Assembly (NCBI GenBank): GCA_963719495.1
Contig: CAVRCI010000008.1
Location: 1 to 64,000 of the forward strand
DNA length: 64,000 nucleotides
DNA from: an uncultured Verrucomicrobiae bacterium
GTDB lineage: Bacteria > Verrucomicrobiota > Verrucomicrobiia > Chthoniobacterales > JAATET01
Reading direction: 5' to 3'
This document shows, one piece after another, positions 57,667 to 64,000 of this stretch; position 1 is the stretch's first letter; each line of letters begins with the position of its first letter. Both the position numbers and the translations under genes were made by a program. Under the pieces are notes generated by a model. It saw nothing but the letters and a program-made list of their open reading frames with translations, had not been told where the DNA came from and did not search any database.

Positions 57667-59550
57667 TCAAGGGAGGGACCCGGCGATGCGGGATTTCGCG
57701 TCGGCGTGGAGGGATTTCCAGAGTTTGGCGACCGCTTCGGTGATGGTTGCCTTGGTCGCCGGGAGTTCGGCAGGCGCGACGGGAGCGGTGCGGGCGAAGA
57801 GGTAGTATTTGATCTTGGGCTCGGTGCCGGAGGGACGGACGGCGACGCGGGTGTCGGCTCCGAGGGTGAAGATGAGCATGGATTCCTTGGGGAGAATGTC
57901 GCCGTCGGCGTCGACGATGTCTTCGTGGGCGAAGTCGCGGAGGGCGGTGACCGGATGGCCGCCGATTTTGGTCGGTGGGGTGGCGGTGTAGGATGCGACA
58001 AGGGCTTGGATCTGACGGGCTCCCTCGGCTCCTTCGAGGGTGAGGGATTCGCTGCGTTCGTGGTGATAGCCGAACTCGGCGTAGATGGCGTCGAGGAGGT
58101 CGTGGAGGGTTTGATTGTGGAATTTTGCGTAGGCGGCGACTTCGCAGAGCATCGCGACGGCGGCGTTGCCGTCCTTGTCGCGGACGAAGGTAGCGCCGCC
58201 GTAGCCGTAGCTTTCCTCGCCGCCGAAGACGAAGATGGCGTCGGTGGATTCGTAGGCGGCGAGCTTGGCTCCGATGTATTTGAAACCGGTGAGCGTCTCG
58301 ACGCAGCGGAGGCCGAATTTGGCGGCGATGGCGGCTTGGAGGTCGGTCGTGACGAAGGTCTTGATGATGACGCCGCGGTGGGCGGTCGCGGGGGTGAGGC
58401 GGGCGGTTTCGAGGAACGTTTTGGCGCGATACCAAGCCATGAGGGAGCCGAGTTGGTTGCCGGTGAGGAGGGCGAGGGTGCCGTCGGGTCGGCGGGCGGC
58501 CGCGCCCATGCGGTCGGCGTCGGGGTCGGTGGCGATGACGAGATCCGCGCCTTCGCGTTCGGCTTGGGCGATGGCGAGTGAGAGCGCTTCGGCGTTCTCG
58601 GGATTCGGGGAGGCGACGGTCGGAAAATTGCCGTCGGGGGTCGCCTGCTCGGCGACGACCGAGCAAGCGCAGCCGAGGCGGGCAAGGAGGGGGACGATGA
58701 TCGCGCCGCCGACTCCGTGGAGGGAGCTGTAAACGACTTCGAGCGGTTGTTCGCGGAGGAGGTCGCGGTCGAGGATGAGGGTCTCGAGGCGGGCGAGGTA
58801 GGCGGTGTCCATCGCGTCGCCGAGGGGATGGATCTGGCCGCGCTGGTCGGCGGGGACGGGGTCGAATTGCTCGCTGGTGACGGCGTTGACCTCCTCGATG
58901 ATGCCGGAGGCGTGGGGTTCGACGATCTGGCCGCCGTCGGCGAAGTAAACTTTGTAGCCGTTGTAGGCTGGGGGGTTGTGGCTGGCGGTGAGGTTGATGC
59001 CGGCGGTGGAGTTGGTCTCGCGGACGGCGAAAGAGAGCTCGGGGGTGGAGCGCGGGGCGTCGAAGAGGTGGGCTTCGCAGCCGAGGTCGGTGATGATGCG
59101 GGCTGCGAATTCGGCGAACGCACGGGAGAAATGGCGGGTGTCGTGGGCGATGCAGATGGCGGGGCGGCCCGGGCGTTGCTCGCGGGCGTGCCAGGCACGC
59201 ACGTAGGCGCAGAGGCCCTGGGTGGCTCGGCTGACGTTGAGGAAGTTCATTGCGTTCGTGCCGACGCAGGGGTGCTCGGGTGGCGCGTCGGGGGCGGCGT
59301 TGCCTCGCTCGGCGGGGGTGACGGTGCGGGCGATGGTGCGGCCGCGGAGGCCGCCGGTGCCGAAGGCGAGTTGGCGGTAGAAGCGGTCGTTCAGCTCGGT
59401 CCAGTTTTTGGCGCCGACGAGTTCGTCGACGGATTGTTGCGCGATGAGTGACGTCGAGTTGGCGAGGAGAGTGAGGATGTTCTCGGCGGAGGAGGGGAGA
59501 AGGTCGCCGGAGGTGACGGCGGCGGCGAGCTGGTTTTGGCAAGAGTTCAT
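57667..59550 (-). CDS. pgm: Phosphoglucomutase/phosphomannomutase
   Basis: FGTGGLRG, TASHNP, DPDADR, GEESYG, RPSGTEPKIK. Confidence 0.93.
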   Translation of the reverse strand: MNSCQNQLAAAVTSGDLLPSSAENILTLLANSTSLIAQQSVDELVGAKNWTELNDRFYRQLAFGTGGLRGRTIARTVTPAERGNAAPDAPPEHPCVGTNAMNFLNVSRATQGLCAYVRAWHAREQRPGRPAICIAHDTRHFSRAFAEFAARIITDLGCEAHLFDAPRSTPELSFAVRETNSTAGINLTASHNPPAYNGYKVYFADGGQIVEPHASGIIEEVNAVTSEQFDPVPADQRGQIHPLGDAMDTAYLARLETLILDRDLLREQPLEVVYSSLHGVGGAIIVPLLARLGCACSVVAEQATPDGNFPTVASPNPENAEALSLAIAQAEREGADLVIATDPDADRMGAAARRPDGTLALLTGNQLGSLMAWYRAKTFLETARLTPATAHRGVIIKTFVTTDLQAAIAAKFGLRCVETLTGFKYIGAKLAAYESTDAIFVFGGEESYGYGGATFVRDKDGNAAVAMLCEVAAYAKFHNQTLHDLLDAIYAEFGYHHERSESLTLEGAEGARQIQALVASYTATPPTKIGGHPVTALRDFAHEDIVDADGDILPKESMLIFTLGADTRVAVRPSGTEPKIKYYLFARTAPVAPAELPATKATITEAVAKLWKSLHADAKSRIAGSLP

Positions 59551-60551
59551 TTTGAGGCGGCGAGGTAGGCGGGGAGTTCGGTGACGTCGGCGAGGCAGTG
59601 TTCGGCTCCGGCTTGGTTAAGGGTGTCGCGGGCGGCGGGTCCGGCGGGGCCGGTGAGGACGCCGATGGGGCGGGCTCCGATGGCGGTGGCAGCGACGAGG
59701 TCGCCGGCGGTGTCGCCGACGATCACGGTGCCGGGAGACTGGGGTGGGGCGTTCGTCGCAAGGAGGGGGGAGGTTTCGGCGTGCGGGAAGATGGCGCGGA
59801 GGAAGGGGTAGGGGTGGGGTTTGGAGAGGTGGGTGCCGGGGTGTTCGGCTTCGGCGGCGGCGACTTCGTCGTGGGTGACGATGGGGTCGAAAAAGTCGGT
59901 GAGGCCGAAGCGAGTGAGGGTGGGGAGGAGCTCGGCGCTGGTGCGGCCGGTGGCGATGGCGAGGTCGTGACCGGCTTCGCGGAGAGTGCGCAGGGTGGCG
60001 GCGATGCGCTCGGGTGGGAGGATGAGGGATTCGTCGGCGATGATGCCGGGGCGGTCGGGGGTGCCGTTGAAGTGGGTCTGGAAATGCCGGAAAAGCCATT
60101 GCCAGACGGGGCCCTGGCGTTGGAATTGGTCGGTGGGGGCGAGGTGGGCGAGGAGTTTGAAGCCGCGGTGGGGGGCGGCGAGGTCGAGGCCTTCGGCGAC
60201 GAGTCGATCGAGATCGGGGGCGAGGTCGGACGGCCAATCGCAGGGCGTGGGTGGGCCGTCGGTGTCCCAGTTGATCGCGGAGATGCGGAGGCCGTTGGCG
60301 GGGTCGTGGGTCGCGAGGCGGCGGACGAGGATGAGGGCGGCGAGGTGGCAGAGGTCCCAATTCGTGTTGATGAGGGCGGCCTTGGCTCGGGCGATGGTCG
60401 GGAGGTCGAGGGCGATCTGGGACCGGGAGGGGGAGGGGGAGAAGGCGGGGTGGCCGAGGAAGGTGGCGAGGTCTTGGAGGGCGCGGGCGGCGGCGCGCCA
60501 GTAGCCGGTTTCGGACGTGATGACTCCGTCCATGTCGAAGATAATTTTCAT
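59547..60551 (-). CDS. HAD-family hydrolase with large cap
   Basis: FDMDGV, ATGR, KPHP, VGDTAGD; ATG at 60551. Confidence 0.9.
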   Translation of the reverse strand: MKIIFDMDGVITSETGYWRAAARALQDLATFLGHPAFSPSPSRSQIALDLPTIARAKAALINTNWDLCHLAALILVRRLATHDPANGLRISAINWDTDGPPTPCDWPSDLAPDLDRLVAEGLDLAAPHRGFKLLAHLAPTDQFQRQGPVWQWLFRHFQTHFNGTPDRPGIIADESLILPPERIAATLRTLREAGHDLAIATGRTSAELLPTLTRFGLTDFFDPIVTHDEVAAAEAEHPGTHLSKPHPYPFLRAIFPHAETSPLLATNAPPQSPGTVIVGDTAGDLVAATAIGARPIGVLTGPAGPAARDTLNQAGAEHCLADVTELPAYLAASK

Positions 60552-60586
60552 TCGGTGAAGTGGCCCGCTAAACACGCGAATGGGCG

Positions 60587-61876
60587 CTAATGGTGAGGGT
60601 GAAAGGGGGTGATTCGGTTGAGGAAGGCGGTGATGAGGTCGTCGTTCTTTTCGCAGGGGGAGCCGCACATCATGGCGATGGAGAGGCCGAGGAGGGAGGT
60701 GGTCGGGTTGTGGCGGGCGGCTCCGGCGGTGAGGTTCATGACGAGAGTTGGGCAGCAGAAGAGGGCGAGGCGCAGGTAGCGCTGCCAGTCTGGATGGTCG
60801 GGGGCAACGCGTTGCAGGAGGGGTTTCCAGATTTCTTCCTCTTTGGTTTGGAGGAATTCGCGGCGGAGGGGGGTGAGGTCCCAGTCGTGGGTGACTTCGA
60901 GAGCCCCGTCGACGAGGCGGGCAGTTGCTTCGATTTGGGATTCGGATTCCTCGGGGTGGTAGAGCCAGTCGGGGTGGGCGAGGATGTTGTGGAAAGTGGG
61001 TTTGATCTCGGCGAGGAGGGCGGGGAGGTGGGCACCGGCGAAGGCGGGGTCGAAGGTGACGAGGCGGGTGAGTTCCATCCAGACGTTCGCGTTGTGGGCG
61101 TCGCCGTGGCCGAGGACGGCGGGGCAGGGGTCGGGGAGGGAGGCGGGGTCGAGGACGGCGATGGCGTCGGCGAAGAGTTCGCCGAGGGTTCGGTCGTAGA
61201 GGCGGCCGTTGATGCGCCAGCGGAGGGTGGAGAGTTCGGCCCACGGGAGCGGGCGGTCGAGGCCGGGGAAGGCGAACGTGGAATTCAGGTAGTAGGAACG
61301 GAGGCGGCCGCCGGGGTTGGTGGTGCCTTCGTCGACGAGGCGGTGGAAGAAGAGTTGGTGGAGGGACTCGGCGGCGACTTCGCCGCGGGGGGCGAGGTGG
61401 AGGGTGTCGAGGTAGCTTTGGCCGACGTGACGGTCGAGATCTCGCTGGAGTTGGACGAGGTGCGCGGGGTCGCGGTGAACGGTTTCGACCTCGCGGCAGG
61501 CATCCGCGAGGCGGGCGTCCGACCGGACGGCGTAGAGGAGGATAGCCTCTCCCGGTAACTTGCGAGCGGCCACGGGCACGTCGACGGGCCAGCGGGCGTC
61601 TTCGAGCAACTTGCTGTTGTAGTATTCCGCGACGCCCTTGGCTTCGTCTTCCTCCTGGTGGAATTTGAAAAATAGTTGGTCGTGACCCTCGAACGGATTT
61701 TGGAGCGATAGAACGCCGTTGACCGAATTGAGACTGTATCCGTCGGTCCCGATGCGGATCTCTCGAATCGACAATTGTCCGCCAAAGACATCGGTGAGAA
61801 ACGACTGGAGGAGGGTCCTGGCTTGATCGAGCCGGGAGTGCGCGACCAGGTTGCGGACCTCGGCGAGTTGACTCAT
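60587..61876 (-). CDS. Putative APH/choline-kinase-like phosphotransferase
   Basis: SLNSVNG loop, FFK, HGDAHNAN, FDPAFAG. Confidence 0.7.
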   Translation of the reverse strand: MSQLAEVRNLVAHSRLDQARTLLQSFLTDVFGGQLSIREIRIGTDGYSLNSVNGVLSLQNPFEGHDQLFFKFHQEEDEAKGVAEYYNSKLLEDARWPVDVPVAARKLPGEAILLYAVRSDARLADACREVETVHRDPAHLVQLQRDLDRHVGQSYLDTLHLAPRGEVAAESLHQLFFHRLVDEGTTNPGGRLRSYYLNSTFAFPGLDRPLPWAELSTLRWRINGRLYDRTLGELFADAIAVLDPASLPDPCPAVLGHGDAHNANVWMELTRLVTFDPAFAGAHLPALLAEIKPTFHNILAHPDWLYHPEESESQIEATARLVDGALEVTHDWDLTPLRREFLQTKEEEIWKPLLQRVAPDHPDWQRYLRLALFCCPTLVMNLTAGAARHNPTTSLLGLSIAMMCGSPCEKNDDLITAFLNRITPFHPHH

Positions 61877-63180
61877 GGCCGGTCGCGGACGGCTCGGGCG
61901 TGGGACGGGAAGCCTTCGAACTCGGCGAGGGCGAGGGCGGTCGGGCGCAGGGATTCGAAACCTTCGCGGGTGCAGTAGGCGAGGGACGTGCGTTTGAGGA
62001 ACGAGTGAATCGTCGTGCAGGAGTGGGACTTCGCGAAGCCTCCGGTGGGGAGGATGGCATTCACGCCGATGCAGTAGTTGCCCGCGGTGATGGGGGTGTG
62101 GGGGCCGAGGAGGATCTCGCCGGCGTTGCGGATGCGGCCGAGGACGGCGAACGGTTCGGCGACGAGGAGTTCCATGTGCTCGGGGGCGTATTCGTTGACG
62201 AAGTCGATGGAGGCGTCGAACGAATCGGTGAGCACGATGCCGCCGTAGGACCCCAGGCCGGTGGCGCAGAAGGTGCGGCGGGGCTCGGGCAGGTCGGCGA
62301 TGAGGCCGGGCAGGAGGTCGGCGACCTGGTCGGCGAGGGATTTGGAATGCGTCACGAGGACGGCGGCGGAGTCGGGGCCGTGCTCGGCTTCGATGAGGAG
62401 GTCGAGGGCGACGAGGCGCGGGTCGGCGAGTTCGTCGGCGAGGATGATAGATTCGCTGGGGCCGGCGGGGAGGCCGACGTCGACTTCGCTGGAGAGGAGG
62501 CGCTTGGCGGCGGAGCAGAATTGATTGCCGGGGCCGAGCAGCTTGTCGACTCGGGGGATCGTGTCCGTGCCGAAGGCGAGCGCGGCGATCGCGGAGGCGC
62601 CGCCGATTTTGTAGATCGTGGTGATGCCGATCTGGCGGGCGGCGTAAAGCGTGGCGGCGTCGACGGTGCCCTCGGGGTTTGGCGGCGTGCAGACGACGAT
62701 GCGGGGAACCTTGGCGACGACGGCGGGAACGCCGAGCATGACGAGGACGGACGGAAACGCGCCTTTGCCGCGCGGGACGTAGAGGCCCATGGCGTCGATG
62801 GCGGTGATTTTCTCGCCGGCGTGGACGCCGGGTTCGACTTCGTGCCAGGTGACTTCGGGTGGGAGTTGGCTCTGGTGAAAGGCGCGGACGTTGCGGATGG
62901 CGTGGTCGACGGCGGCGCGGATCGACGGATCGACCGCGGCTTCGGCGGCGGCGAATTCGGCTTCGGTGACGGCGAGGTCGGCGGGGGCGAGGGTGACTTT
63001 GTCGATGTCGGCGAGGTGACGGGAGAGGGCGGTGTCACCTTCGGCGCGGACTTCGGCGACGAGGCGGGCGGCGACCTCGGAGGCGTGGGCGATGTCCGTC
63101 TCGGAGCGGCGGAGGAGTCGGGCGCGCTCTTCGGGTGGGAGGGTCGAGAGGCGGAGGCGATTGATGGCGGGCGCGGGCAT
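61873..63180 (-). CDS. Histidinol dehydrogenase-family protein (non-canonical paralog)
   Basis: GLYVP, GPGN, AGPSE, AEH, APEH, LPTGG, EGFPSH; several ligand positions altered. Confidence 0.88.
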   Translation of the reverse strand: MPAPAINRLRLSTLPPEERARLLRRSETDIAHASEVAARLVAEVRAEGDTALSRHLADIDKVTLAPADLAVTEAEFAAAEAAVDPSIRAAVDHAIRNVRAFHQSQLPPEVTWHEVEPGVHAGEKITAIDAMGLYVPRGKGAFPSVLVMLGVPAVVAKVPRIVVCTPPNPEGTVDAATLYAARQIGITTIYKIGGASAIAALAFGTDTIPRVDKLLGPGNQFCSAAKRLLSSEVDVGLPAGPSESIILADELADPRLVALDLLIEAEHGPDSAAVLVTHSKSLADQVADLLPGLIADLPEPRRTFCATGLGSYGGIVLTDSFDASIDFVNEYAPEHMELLVAEPFAVLGRIRNAGEILLGPHTPITAGNYCIGVNAILPTGGFAKSHSCTTIHSFLKRTSLAYCTREGFESLRPTALALAEFEGFPSHARAVRDRP

Positions 63181-63219
63181 GAGGTGAACGGTGAAAGGTG
63201 AGTTTCAAACAGAAGGTAA

Positions 63220-63527
63220 CGAAGGGAACGAAGGATACTGAAGGGAAATACGATGCGAACAGAACACCGGAGGCTGGGAAGCCTCGGGGTAGACTGCATC
63301 GGCCCTGCGATGCAGCCCGAAGGGCGAGACGAGCGGGAGCGAGCGAGTCAACGTATCGAAGGGAACGAAGGATACAGAAGGGAAATACGATGCGAACAGA
63401 ACACCGGAGGCTGGGAAGCCTCGGGGTAGACTGCATCGGCCCTGCGATGCAGCCCGAAGGGCGAGACGAGCGGGAGCGAGCGAGTCAACGTATCGAAGGG
63501 AACGAAGGATACAGAAGGGAAATACGA
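63220..63527. repeat. 137-bp tandem repeat, 2 full copies plus a partial third
   Basis: Units start at 63220, 63357 and 63494; one difference seen (TACTG/TACAG). Confidence 0.93.
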
Positions 63528-63669
63528 CCCGAGTCGCGCGGATGACTGGAATGCGGTGGTTGCGGCGAAGTATCGGAAGATTTTTCGTCGGTGGGCGCGA
63601 CTGGTGACCGGAAGTGGGCACCCGGCGGCGCGGCTGCCCTACCCTCGGCGGGAATCCTCCGGAGTTCGG

Positions 63670-64000
63670 CTACGAGGTTGCCGGGGTGTCCTCGCCATTG
63701 GGCGACGGGGCGTTGCGGGTCGTTTCGGACGAGGTCTTGGCGACCTTTTCCATGTTCAGCCTTTTCACGGGCGGGAGGATCTCCGCGAAGGCCGCGCCGT
63801 AGATGTCCCAGGCTGTGAGGAAGAGCCCGCAGACGACGGGCCCGACGATGAATCCGATCGGGCCGAAGAGGAAAAGACCGCCGAGGGTGCCGATGAGAAT
63901 GAGCAGGTCGGGCATCTGGGCGTCCTTGCCAACGAGGGCGGGACGCAGGAAATTATCGACCGTCCCGACGACGACGGCGCACCAGACGGCGAGCGCGGTG
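63670..64000 (-). CDS. AI-2E family transporter, 3' part (runs off window)
   Basis: DNFLRPALVG, LGGLFLFGPIGFIVGPVV. Confidence 0.88.
   Translation of the reverse strand, partial: TALAVWCAVVVGTVDNFLRPALVGKDAQMPDLLILIGTLGGLFLFGPIGFIVGPVVCGLFLTAWDIYGAAFAEILPPVKRLNMEKVAKTSSETTRNAPSPNGEDTPATS

Noticed and set aside
59547..62060. 837-aa protein
   Set aside because: Only the last ~334 aa (HAD) is real; the rest overlaps the kinase gene in another frame
63220..63527. CRISPR array
   Set aside because: Whole units are identical, with no unique spacers and no cas genes

Overview
High-GC bacterial chromosome segment. Protein content and the integrase type suggest Verrucomicrobia (inference). About 1-13600 is a visibly lower-GC mobile region with two nested or tandem tyrosine-recombinase elements at a tRNA-Leu(TAA) locus. 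The resident-type tRNA is split in its anticodon arm (5' half 9900-9941, 3' half 13553-13609). The 3.6-kb insert between the halves carries a complete, sequence-divergent tRNA-Leu(TAA), hipBA and a decayed integrase. The left element has an intact integrase, a full IS4 (premature stop) inserted in a tRNA-Lys-like att hairpin, a stand-alone AAA+ ATPase, a membrane J-domain protein and IS/dps debris. About 13620-64000 is core genome: metF, tgt, nuoH, fabG, sixA, pgl, glgA, obgE, tRNA-Gln, valS, murI, a phnDCE-like transporter and pgm. Odd modules there include (a) a TGT-MnmC/D-like methyltransferase fusion, (b) a CHASE2 cyclase/beta-barrel/FecR trio, (c) an operon of ECF sigma, vWA anti-sigma and a 2264-aa repeat membrane protein, whose anti-sigma linker seems to contain captured envelope-protein peptides, and (d) a non-canonical HisD paralog-kinase-HAD-PGM operon. 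Intergenic DNA holds layered small repeats: REP-like hairpins, 32-56 nt AGCC...YCAA micro-insertions, 9-mer palindromes (one locally hypermutated) and 7-mer arrays (one inside valS). No CRISPR or rRNA was found. All family calls are from motif recognition by eye; no searches were run.
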